A stretch of DNA of 64,000 nucleotides from Geoglobus sp. UBA235 (GTDB lineage Archaea > Halobacteriota > Archaeoglobi > Archaeoglobales > Archaeoglobaceae). The notes below the pieces were generated by a model. That model worked only from the letters and a program-made list of their open reading frames with translations. It ran no database searches and was not told where the DNA came from. Shown in pieces: positions 37,518 to 45,863 of the stretch. The stretch lies in contig DACG01000019.1 of assembly GCA_002494725.1 (NCBI GenBank), positions 19,407 through 83,406 on the forward strand, written 5' to 3'. The first letter of the stretch is position 1. Each line of letters starts with the position of its first letter. A program made the translations under genes and the position numbers.

Positions 37518-38232
37518 CCTCTGGCTTCTCTATCACCTCTTTTCCACCTTCGGCAATCACCTTTCCATTTCCCATGACATATACCCTGTCCGCATAGTCC
37601 AGTATTATGTCAAGCCTGTGTTCCACGATTAAAAAGGTTTTTCCGGTCTCGCACAGCTCCTTTATCTTTCTAAGAATCTCATGTGCCAGAGCTGGGGCCA
37701 CTCCTGCAAGCGGTTCATCCATGACAATCAGCTTTGCATCGGTCATCAGGGCCTTTCCAATCTCAAGAAGTCTCAGCTGACCCCCGCTCAGAGTCTCTGA
37801 TTTCTCAAATGTCAGGTGACTTATGTTCAGGAATTCAAGAATGTCGTATGCTTTTTCAACTGACTCACTCTCAAAATCAACCCACTTCTTAACAAATGCA
37901 TTTCTGATGTGCTCTCCGGGGTTGTTTAGAGGCATGAGCATGTTCTCAAGCACTGTAAGCTTTTTGAATGGCCTTGGAATCTGAAAGGTTCTGACGATTC
38001 CCTCCCTGAAAACCCTGTGAGGTGGAAGGTTTGTTATGTCTCTGCCCTCATACTCGACTCTTCCCTCATCTGCCCTGTAAAACCCCGTGATGGTGTTGAT
38101 GAATGTGGTCTTTCCGCTGCCGTTGGGACCAATGATAAGTGTGAGTGCTTCTCTTGGAACAGAAATGCTAACACCGTCTAAGGCTCTTAGACCCTCAAAA
38201 AATTTGGAAAGATTGAAGGTTTGAAGAATCAT
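37492..38232 (-). CDS. livG: Branched-chain amino acid ABC transporter ATPase LivG
   Basis: It has Walker A GPNGSGKTT and signature LSGGQLR. Confidence 0.9.
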   Translation of the reverse strand: MILQTFNLSKFFEGLRALDGVSISVPREALTLIIGPNGSGKTTFINTITGFYRADEGRVEYEGRDITNLPPHRVFREGIVRTFQIPRPFKKLTVLENMLMPLNNPGEHIRNAFVKKWVDFESESVEKAYDILEFLNISHLTFEKSETLSGGQLRLLEIGKALMTDAKLIVMDEPLAGVAPALAHEILRKIKELCETGKTFLIVEHRLDIILDYADRVYVMGNGKVIAEGGKEVIEKPEVVEVYLGA

Positions 38233-39662
38233 GCTCTTCTTCTAAGGCCGACTGCGAGAGCAACTGCCAGAATTCCGGCTACAATCTCAAATCCAGGGAC
38301 GCCTTTGGTCTCCTCTTTCTTCTCTTCAGTCTTTGCTGGTGCTGGTGTTTCCTTCTTCTCCTCCTTCTTCTCAGGTGTCGGTGTCTTCTCCTCCTTCTTT
38401 GGTGGTGCCGGTGGGACAGGCTTGTGGGTCCACTCAACTTTACCTGTGGCGAACTTCCATATTCCTGCAGTCTCCCACTCACCCTTGCTGCTCACATAGT
38501 AGATTGCGTAATCACCACTTGCCCTGTCATTCCACTCGTTGAGCTTGATTGCACCGCTTACAGGCTGAACTCCATAATCTCCATTGCTGTACTTCTCTGC
38601 GACAACCTTCATCTTCTCAACCATTGCATCGGCATCATAGCTTCCCTTCTCCTCAATGACCTCTGCATATGCCAATGCAATCACCCATGCAGCATCGTAG
38701 GCGTTCATTGCATACTGGTATGGGCTGCCCTTGAATCCGGCCTCGTTGTACTTCTTGGCAAGCTCATCAAATGCCGGGCCCTTTGACTCGAACAGGGTTG
38801 AGTATGTTCCAACCTTTATTGCCTTGTCGAGGGCGTTGCTTATCTTTCCGCTCAGAGCATTTCCATCGCATCCAAACCAAATAACGCTGAGGAGTGGCGA
38901 ATCATCTGGAGTCTGGGCGAGCATAGTGTAAAGTTCCTCGTATGAGAATGTGACAACAGCAACCTTGTCGTAGCCATACTTGTCTCCGAGGGACTTTATA
39001 CCATCTTCAAGGCTTGATATGTATGGTGAGAAGTCTGCAGGAGTCTGCTCGGGATACTCAACAACCTTTGCAACCTCAATTCCCATTTCATCAAGCTGTG
39101 GCTTGATTGCCTCATACAGACCTCTTCCCCATGCGTTACCGATATATGTGATCACAACTCCCTTTATTCCAGCATCTCTGAGCTCACTTGCAATTGCCTT
39201 GCTCTGCAGGTCATCGGTTCCAACAAACCTGAATATGTATTTCTTGTCCTCAGGCTTTGCAAAGCCAATAATCGTTGGAAGAGCTGTCGATGATGGTGAG
39301 ACAATTATTATCTTGTTTGAGGTCACGAAATCCTTTATGTTTGCCACTTCACCACTACCCATTGGGCCGATTACAAGCCTTATGCCCTTGCTGTGGAGTG
39401 ACTGAACCTTCTGCAGTGCCTGGTTTGGATCAACCTTAGTATCCTCAACATAGAACTTTACAGTGTAATCCTTTCCTTTTTCGGCAAAATAGCTGTTTAT
39501 GTCCTTTTCAGCAATAGACAGGGTGTTTGCTATGTCGTTTCCGTATGTTGTCAGTGGTCCGGAGAGATCTACAAGCACACCGATCTTTATTTCCTCAGCA
39601 GAGGCCAATGGCAACAGTGCCAGCATCAGTGCAGCAATTATTACAGAATATCTCACGCTCAT
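38229..39662 (-). CDS. livJ: Liv-type periplasmic-binding-fold substrate-binding protein with C-terminal linker and PGF-CTERM anchor
   Basis: 477 aa. It has a signal peptide, a type I PBP fold, then a P/T/K/E-rich linker and GVPGFEIVAGILAVALAVGLRRRA. Confidence 0.85.
   Translation of the reverse strand: MSVRYSVIIAALMLALLPLASAEEIKIGVLVDLSGPLTTYGNDIANTLSIAEKDINSYFAEKGKDYTVKFYVEDTKVDPNQALQKVQSLHSKGIRLVIGPMGSGEVANIKDFVTSNKIIIVSPSSTALPTIIGFAKPEDKKYIFRFVGTDDLQSKAIASELRDAGIKGVVITYIGNAWGRGLYEAIKPQLDEMGIEVAKVVEYPEQTPADFSPYISSLEDGIKSLGDKYGYDKVAVVTFSYEELYTMLAQTPDDSPLLSVIWFGCDGNALSGKISNALDKAIKVGTYSTLFESKGPAFDELAKKYNEAGFKGSPYQYAMNAYDAAWVIALAYAEVIEEKGSYDADAMVEKMKVVAEKYSNGDYGVQPVSGAIKLNEWNDRASGDYAIYYVSSKGEWETAGIWKFATGKVEWTHKPVPPAPPKKEEKTPTPEKKEEKKETPAPAKTEEKKEETKGVPGFEIVAGILAVALAVGLRRRA
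38232..38303 (-). other. PGF-CTERM archaeosortase-type sorting signal (coding segment)
   Basis: The last 24 codons encode a PGF motif, a hydrophobic helix and an RRRA tail. They follow a 39-aa PT/KE low-complexity linker encoded at 38304-38420. Confidence 0.6.
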
Positions 39663-39712
39663 GATGGATAATGACCATTAATTTTTTATAAAGTTTACTG
39701 CAACTTCACCCC

Positions 39713-40630
39713 ATGGGTGTACTTGAAGGGGCAGTAACTTACGCCAATCTCCTCACTCTCCTTGCTATCGGTCTGACTTTGACATACATCACCACCTCTG
39801 TCCCCAATTTCGCTCAGGGTAGTTTTGCAATTTTTTCTTCATATATCGCCTATATAGTGTATAAATTATTTAATTTTAGTCCTTATTTTGCCGCACCTTT
39901 TGCCATTCTCTTTGGTGGTTTCATCGGTGTTGTAACTTATCTGGTTGTTCTCAAGCCTCTAATAAAAAGAGAGGCCTCGATACTGATTCTCATGATTGCA
40001 ACACTTGCATGGGATCTGATACTTCTTGGTATGATAGGGATATTCTCTGAGAGCCTATCCAAGTACTTTGGAGCATACATTTCGAGGTTCATCTTTCCAT
40101 ATTATCTTGATTTCAAGATTGCAGGAATACAGGGGATATTCTTCTCATCAACTCTTGCAATAGCACTTTCTCTTGGTTTTCTGATGTTTCTCCTTTACAA
40201 GACCAAGTTTGGAATTGCAATGAGAGCGTCCATGGAAAACCCATCACTGGCTGAGATAATGGGCATAAATGTTGAGACCACGAGACTCTTTTCCTGGTTC
40301 CTTTCCGGAGCCTTTGCAGGTCTTGCCGGGGCACTTCTGCCATTCAAGCAGGAGATAGTACAGGCGACAGGTCAGATAATCATAGTCTCAATATTTGCAG
40401 CGAGCATTGTTGGGGGTTTATCATCTATTTATGGTGCTATTCTGGGAGGGTATCTGGTTGGCCTGTCTGAAAGCCTCATAACCTTCTGGCTCAGCAAGAT
40501 ATTTGGGACATCCGTTCTCGTTTACAGCAAGGCAGTATCCCTTGCAATCCTTGTTGTCACACTCCTGATAATTCCTGGAGGTCTTGTTACAATCAAGTGG
40601 AGGAGATACCTATGGCGTTCGAGGCGTTAA
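39713..40630 (+). CDS. livH: Branched-chain amino acid ABC permease LivH
   Basis: 305 aa, multi-TM, LivH-like. Confidence 0.9.
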   Translation: MGVLEGAVTYANLLTLLAIGLTLTYITTSVPNFAQGSFAIFSSYIAYIVYKLFNFSPYFAAPFAILFGGFIGVVTYLVVLKPLIKREASILILMIATLAWDLILLGMIGIFSESLSKYFGAYISRFIFPYYLDFKIAGIQGIFFSSTLAIALSLGFLMFLLYKTKFGIAMRASMENPSLAEIMGINVETTRLFSWFLSGAFAGLAGALLPFKQEIVQATGQIIIVSIFAASIVGGLSSIYGAILGGYLVGLSESLITFWLSKIFGTSVLVYSKAVSLAILVVTLLIIPGGLVTIKWRRYLWRSRR

Positions 40631-41664
40631 TCAGTTCAATACTGCTCTGGTTCGGGATATACTCAATTTTATCTCTCAGTCTGAACGTTGAATACGGCTA
40701 TGGAGGGATTCCCAACTTTGGAAAGGCCCTCGCAGTTCTTGTAGGAGCCTTTACCGCAGGGGCTGTTGTGAACAGGATCCTCATTGCCATGTACTCGATT
40801 GAGGGGACAACAATAACCCAGAGAAGTGGATTCATGAAAAGCACGGTAGACAGTATAATAGCCAGCAATCCTGCATACGGTATAGGTCTTCTGGTATTCA
40901 CACTCCTTCTTGCAGGATTGATTGGAGCTGTCATAGGTGCCCTTTACATTCTTCCAAGTGCAAAGCTCGAAAGCGATTATCTGGCAATCACACTCCTTGC
41001 GATTGCAGAGATAATGTTCATGATATCATATTACAACACAGATCTCATAGGAGGATACTACGGAGCTCCTGTTCCGGATGTTCTCGCATTCATCCCTGGA
41101 GAGCTTAGGGAATGGGCATTTGTCGCTTTAATTCTGTTTTTTACATTGCTGACGTATTTATTTCTTGAGAGAACTCTCAACTCTCCATATGGAAGACTTT
41201 TGAGGGCAATGAGAGAGGATGCGGTGGCTTTGCAGTTCTCGGGGAAGGACATAATGTGGGTCAGAATAAAAACTCTTGCCTTCAGCTCCGCAATAGCCTC
41301 AATGACAGGAGTTCTCTATTCCTTTTATGCAGGAAACGTGGTCGGTATTGTGAATCTTTTTGCAAGGGTTAACTGGACATTCTTTCCATTTCTGATGGTT
41401 CTTCTCGGAGGGATGTCAAACAATAGAGGAGTGCTGGCAGGAGTTTTCTCATTTGTTGTGATCTGGAGGCTCCTTGATGGATACAAGCATGAGATCGCTG
41501 ATCTTCTCAATCTCCCCTTTGACGTCAACTGGCTTCAGTACATAATATTCGGGGCTCTGATGATAGCAATACTGTACTATAAACCGGAAGGGCTTGTAAA
41601 AGAAAAGCCAATAGAAACAGAGCCAATAAAGGAGCTGAAATCTAAACACTCAGAGAAAGCCTGA
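40597..41664 (+). CDS. livM: Branched-chain amino acid ABC permease LivM
   Basis: 355 aa, multi-TM. ATG 40612, which follows GGAGGAG, is an alternative start. Confidence 0.9.
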   Translation: MEEIPMAFEALISSILLWFGIYSILSLSLNVEYGYGGIPNFGKALAVLVGAFTAGAVVNRILIAMYSIEGTTITQRSGFMKSTVDSIIASNPAYGIGLLVFTLLLAGLIGAVIGALYILPSAKLESDYLAITLLAIAEIMFMISYYNTDLIGGYYGAPVPDVLAFIPGELREWAFVALILFFTLLTYLFLERTLNSPYGRLLRAMREDAVALQFSGKDIMWVRIKTLAFSSAIASMTGVLYSFYAGNVVGIVNLFARVNWTFFPFLMVLLGGMSNNRGVLAGVFSFVVIWRLLDGYKHEIADLLNLPFDVNWLQYIIFGALMIAILYYKPEGLVKEKPIETEPIKELKSKHSEKA

Positions 41665-42073
41665 ATGCATGCTTTGATATACCATAATAATGCTTTATTG
41701 TCTCTTCGATCTCGAATCCATTGCTGAAATAAAAGTCAAGTGCCGAGCTGCTAACAGAAACATCAGCGTATATCTTTCTGAATCCGAGCTTTATTGCTTC
41801 AGCTGCAATCTTTTCAATAAGAGCCTTTCCAGCACCTTTCGTCCTGTGTTCTTCTCTCACAATCAGGCTTCCTATGTGAAAGCTCTCCTCATCCCAGTAT
41901 ATCACAGCAAATCCAGCAATTTCGTTATCGATTTCACAGACAAGAACCTTCTTTCTGTAGGCTGTTGTTGAGAGATCGGCAAAAACGCTGTAACCAAAGT
42001 GCTCGTACTCCAGGAGGATGATCTCCTCCACCTCATCGTCTCTCATCTCTCTAACAAACAATTCTGAGAGCAC
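41642..42073 (-). CDS. GNAT-family N-acetyltransferase
   Basis: 143 aa. It has the acetyl-CoA-binding motif HRTKGAGKALI. Confidence 0.75.
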   Translation of the reverse strand: MLSELFVREMRDDEVEEIILLEYEHFGYSVFADLSTTAYRKKVLVCEIDNEIAGFAVIYWDEESFHIGSLIVREEHRTKGAGKALIEKIAAEAIKLGFRKIYADVSVSSSALDFYFSNGFEIEETIKHYYGISKHAFRLSLSV

Positions 42074-42115
42074 ATCAAAGTGTGAATCGGGGTATTTAAA
42101 TAGTTTTTTGTGTTT

Positions 42116-43042
42116 TCAATAATTTGTGTAAAAGCACTCTCCTGAAATGACCTTCACAATCCCGCCATCACTTTCTATCAGAAGCCCCCCATCCCTGTCA
42201 ATGTCAACAGCCCTGCCAGAAAACTTCTGATTTCCAGCAGATATCTCAACCTCCTTTCCGATCGTATCTGTTCTTTTTTTCCACTCTTCAAGGATCTCAT
42301 TCCATCCTTCTGGAAACATTCTCAGATATGTACCGAGATTTCTGCAAAGCTCCTCAAAAACATCTGTGATCTGCATATCCGGATCAATTTCTGCAAGGCT
42401 CAGAGCACTGTCCTTCAGGTACCCGGGAATCCTGTTTTTCACATTTATTCCTATCCCCATTATTATCCTGGAAGATAGCTCCTCTCCGACAAACTCACTG
42501 AGAATTCCGGACACTTTTTTGCCGTTTATCAGAACATCATTGGGCCACTTTATTCTTGCAGAATATCCTTCAAGAGTCCTGCACACTGCAAGGCCTCCGA
42601 TGAGGGTTATCTTTGGTATCTCAGTCACCGGAATGTTCAGATTGAGTGAAATGGAAAAATAGATCCCACCCTTATCGCTGTCCCACCTCCTTCCAACTCT
42701 CCCCCTTCCTTCTGTCTGCCTCTCTGCAAAAACAGCACATCTCTCGTTCTCCTTTGCAAACCTGTTGGTGGAGTCTATCTCACTGAAGTAATAAAACTCA
42801 TCAATTCCCGGAATCTGCCTTGCGGAGATCGCCATGTCAAGGGGTGATGGATCTGGTTTTTTCGATATTCTGTACCCCTTTTTTCCCCTTTCAATCCCGT
42901 ATCCAAGTTCTTCAAGTTTTTTTGAGAATTTCCACACTGAGACCCTGCTTATGCCATACTTCTCAGTCACATCTTCAACTCTGACCCCTCTGAGAAATTC
43001 CCTGTAGATCTCAAGTCTCCTGTCGTTCAGGGATATCCTCAT
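42116..43042 (-). CDS. birA: Bifunctional biotin-protein ligase / HTH repressor
   Basis: 308 aa. It has an N-terminal HTH and the BPL motif QTEGRGRVGRRW. Confidence 0.85.
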   Translation of the reverse strand: MRISLNDRRLEIYREFLRGVRVEDVTEKYGISRVSVWKFSKKLEELGYGIERGKKGYRISKKPDPSPLDMAISARQIPGIDEFYYFSEIDSTNRFAKENERCAVFAERQTEGRGRVGRRWDSDKGGIYFSISLNLNIPVTEIPKITLIGGLAVCRTLEGYSARIKWPNDVLINGKKVSGILSEFVGEELSSRIIMGIGINVKNRIPGYLKDSALSLAEIDPDMQITDVFEELCRNLGTYLRMFPEGWNEILEEWKKRTDTIGKEVEISAGNQKFSGRAVDIDRDGGLLIESDGGIVKVISGECFYTNY

Positions 43043-43094
43043 ACTCTCAGATATGCTCGAAGTTTTTATTTAAGGGTTCGGGAAAGGAAGTTTC

Positions 43095-43619
43095 ATGGAG
43101 CTTGAGGACTTTCTTTTTGAGATCGCATCCCTGAAAAATGTTCCCAGATCAGGGTGGTTCAAGGTTGGAATAGATAATCCTGAGAGCGTTGCTGAACATT
43201 CGTTTCTGTCTGCAGTAATTGCCTTCTTTCTGGGGCTGAAAGAATATGGGAGTGTGGATGAGGCATGCAGATGTAGCGTCTCTGCTTTGTTCCATGATGT
43301 TCATGAGTCAAGGACGCTTGATCTGCATCACATAGCTAGAAAATACGTTAGGGTTGATGAGGAAAAAACTTTGGAAGATCAGATTGATTTTGAAGAGGGA
43401 AAGGATTTGAAGAGAGTGATTTCAGAATATTCAGACATAGTCCACGACGCTGACAGGATCGAACTCTTCATTCAGAGCAGAATCTATGGGTTGAGGATTG
43501 AGGATGCAAAGGTTTATGGGGACAATGTGAAAATGAAAACAAGAGCTGGAGCTGAGCTGCTTGAAAAACTGAAAAACGCTGACCCAAGGTGGTGGTTGAG
43601 GTTTGAGGTTCATCGCTGA
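43095..43619 (+). CDS. HD-domain phosphohydrolase (YfbR-like)
   Basis: 174 aa. It has ESVAEHS and LFHDVHES motifs. Confidence 0.8.
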   Translation: MELEDFLFEIASLKNVPRSGWFKVGIDNPESVAEHSFLSAVIAFFLGLKEYGSVDEACRCSVSALFHDVHESRTLDLHHIARKYVRVDEEKTLEDQIDFEEGKDLKRVISEYSDIVHDADRIELFIQSRIYGLRIEDAKVYGDNVKMKTRAGAELLEKLKNADPRWWLRFEVHR

Positions 43620-44070
43620 CAGGATGCTTGGAAAACTTGCAACATGGCTCAGAATCTTTGGATATGACACGCTTTATGTTGGAGACTTTGAAACATCTGA
43701 TGAAGATCTGTTTTTGCTTGAAAATTTCACCGACAGAATACTCCTTACAAGAGACAAGGAACTCTATGACAGAGCAGTTAGGAGAAACAGAAAGGCAGTT
43801 CTCATCAGAAATGACAGCGTCATTGACCAGATCTCGGAGATGAAAGATATCGGGATTGATACAGAAATAAGGATGGACAGGTGCAGTGTTTGCAACGCAA
43901 TCCTTAGAAAACCAACAGATCGTGAAGCAAAGGAGGTTATGGAAAAAGAAGGAATTGAAGAGAACCTGAGAGAGAGATATGAGCTCTGGTACTGTGAGAA
44001 ATGCAAAAAGCTGTACTGGCTTGGAAGCCATTACAGAAACATGGTAAAGTTTCTGGAGAATCTGAAATGA
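43603..44070 (+). CDS. Mut7-C/DUF82 PIN-like RNase domain protein with Zn ribbon
   Basis: 155 aa. It has FIADRMLGKLATWLRIFGYD, CSVCN...CEKC and YWLGSHY. Confidence 0.7.
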   Translation: MRFIADRMLGKLATWLRIFGYDTLYVGDFETSDEDLFLLENFTDRILLTRDKELYDRAVRRNRKAVLIRNDSVIDQISEMKDIGIDTEIRMDRCSVCNAILRKPTDREAKEVMEKEGIEENLRERYELWYCEKCKKLYWLGSHYRNMVKFLENLK

Positions 44071-44579
44071 TGGTAATATGCTTGGTAAATACATATGACA
44101 AGCTGAAGCTTCATGAGATCCATCTGAGAACGATAGCAAGAGCCGCACCGCTCTGCTATGCATACAACTTCCACCTTGCTCTTTACGATTTCAGCTTCTG
44201 GAAGAGCCCTGATGAGCTTGTTAGGGATGTGGTGGAATACACAACAATTGGGGAGGGGGGAAAATATCTTGAAAGGCTTTATGATGATGGAAAGCTCCAC
44301 TTGGTAGACTCGATTCCATCTCATTTTGGGGATATCGTTGCCACAACATCAAAACCTGAGAAAAAGGGTCTTTCAATCAGTGATCTCAGAAATTTGAGGT
44401 CTGCATGTTTCCTGATAGGTCTCGGAAGAAAGGGACTTCCAAAAGATTTAATAAAGCGAGCAAGGTACACGTTGGATGTAACATTCAGGAATGTGAGCCT
44501 TGAAACGTGCAGTGCCATAGGAGCAATTGCAGCCTTGATGTGGGTGGTGAGGTATGGAGGACATCAGAGTTTGCCCTGA
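44067..44579 (+). CDS. SPOUT-like protein (DUF531-type), function unknown
   Basis: I chose the start at ATGATG 44067, which overlaps the upstream stop. The C-terminal pattern FLIGLGRKGLPKDLIKRA...LDVT...SLETCSAIGAI resembles the SPOUT knot region. Confidence 0.5.
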   Translation: MMVICLVNTYDKLKLHEIHLRTIARAAPLCYAYNFHLALYDFSFWKSPDELVRDVVEYTTIGEGGKYLERLYDDGKLHLVDSIPSHFGDIVATTSKPEKKGLSISDLRNLRSACFLIGLGRKGLPKDLIKRARYTLDVTFRNVSLETCSAIGAIAALMWVVRYGGHQSLP

Positions 44580-45189
44580 ACACGGGTTTTACAGGGGATT
44601 GGAGTGCGATATATGCGGATTTGAGGGAGAGATTGTCATAAAGAAGGAGAGGGTTGAGAGACTCGGCAAGTTTATTTCCGGAGTTTTAAGACACTTCCCC
44701 GAGAAATTCGGGCTTGAAATGGACGAAAATGGCTGGGTTGATTTTGAAAAGCTTTTGAGAATTGTCTCAAGAAGATACAGGTGGGCAGACAGGTGGACAG
44801 TTAAGGCTTTGATTTACAGTGACAGAAAGGGCAGATATGAGCTCAAAGATGACAGAATACGGGCAAGATATGGACACAGTGTGGAAGTGAAGCTCAATGA
44901 CATGCCTGAAGCCAAAGAGGATGTTCTTTACTATGGCACCAGTGAGGAGGAATCAATCAGGCTCCTTGAGCTTGGTATAAAGCCAGTAAATCAGACCTAC
45001 GTGCATCTGTCGACAACTCTGGAAAAGAGTGAGGAGGTTGCGAGACTGAGAACAGATGAGCCAATAATTCTCGAGGTGGATGCAAAAAAGGCCAAGGAGA
45101 ATGGAGTGAGGTTTATAAAGGTCAACGAACACATAGTTCTTGCAAAGGAAATCCCGCCAGAATACATAGTACGGGAAATAAGGCTCTGA
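44554..45189 (+). CDS. kptA: RNA 2'-phosphotransferase (Tpt1/KptA)
   Basis: 211 aa. It has LGKFISGVLRHFPEKFGLEMDENGWV, RYGHS and HLS motifs. Confidence 0.85.
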   Translation: MEDIRVCPEHGFYRGLECDICGFEGEIVIKKERVERLGKFISGVLRHFPEKFGLEMDENGWVDFEKLLRIVSRRYRWADRWTVKALIYSDRKGRYELKDDRIRARYGHSVEVKLNDMPEAKEDVLYYGTSEEESIRLLELGIKPVNQTYVHLSTTLEKSEEVARLRTDEPIILEVDAKKAKENGVRFIKVNEHIVLAKEIPPEYIVREIRL

Positions 45190-45570
45190 TCATTCTGGAA
45201 CGAAGCTTGTTACATTCACGAGATAGTAGCTTTCATTCTCTTTCTCAATGTAAATGTTCACTGGATGGGAAAATGTGATGTTTCCCTGAAGTGTTATCCT
45301 AACATTGCTGTATCCGGCCTCAATAATTGTATAATTGCCGAAAACAATCTCATGGGTTATTGCTTTTGTGTATTCTCCTCCACCTATGAAAAATGCATAA
45401 AGAAACTCAAAAGGACTGAAAGAATATTCTATGGTGAGTTCATCTGATGATGTGTTGTATTTTACTTTCTCGATGTTCCAAGCATGTGCTGCTGAAATCA
45501 AGAGAATGAGTGTGGCTGCTGCAGCTGCCGTCAGTGCTCTGGATGACATTGCTATGAATGGTTTCTCCAA
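45190..45570 (-). CDS. Hypothetical secreted protein
   Basis: 126 aa. It has a signal-peptide-like N-terminus (AAAAATLILLISAAHA) and five N-x-S/T sequons. Confidence 0.5.
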   Translation of the reverse strand: MEKPFIAMSSRALTAAAAATLILLISAAHAWNIEKVKYNTSSDELTIEYSFSPFEFLYAFFIGGGEYTKAITHEIVFGNYTIIEAGYSNVRITLQGNITFSHPVNIYIEKENESYYLVNVTSFVPE

Positions 45571-45641
45571 GAATTTAAACTTTGCTCAAAAAAAAGGTAT
45601 GAAATCAAGACCAGAATGGTTTTAAATGAAAAATTTAATGG

Positions 45642-45827
45642 TTACTCCTCAATTGTGATTGCTCCAACGGGGCAGCTCTCCTCTGCCTCCTTGCAGCAGT
45701 CAATGAACTCCGCACAGTCACCAACTACGTGAGCAATCCCGTCATCTCCCAGTTTGAAAACCTCAGGACATATATCCTCGCACGTTCCGCAACCTGTACA
45801 TGTGTCCTCATCAATAACCGCCTTCAT
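45642..45827 (-). CDS. fdx: Ferredoxin (single-cluster 4Fe-4S type)
   Basis: It reads MKAVIDEDTCTGCGTCEDICPEVF...CPVGAI. I chose the start at the internal Met. Confidence 0.8.
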   Translation of the reverse strand: MKAVIDEDTCTGCGTCEDICPEVFKLGDDGIAHVVGDCAEFIDCCKEAEESCPVGAITIEE

Positions 45828-45863
45828 CTCATCACCTAAGATGATGTATTTCCACATGGAGGA

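Noticed and set aside
38279-38542. Arg/His-rich and Ser/Pro-rich ORFs on both strands at the livJ 3' end
   Set aside because: They are alternative-frame readings of the low-complexity PT/KE linker-coding repeat of the binding protein.
43468-44163. 231-aa minus-strand ORF spanning the HD/Mut7-C/SPOUT genes
   Set aside because: It is antisense to three coupled plus-strand genes that have clear family motifs, and it has no motifs of its own.
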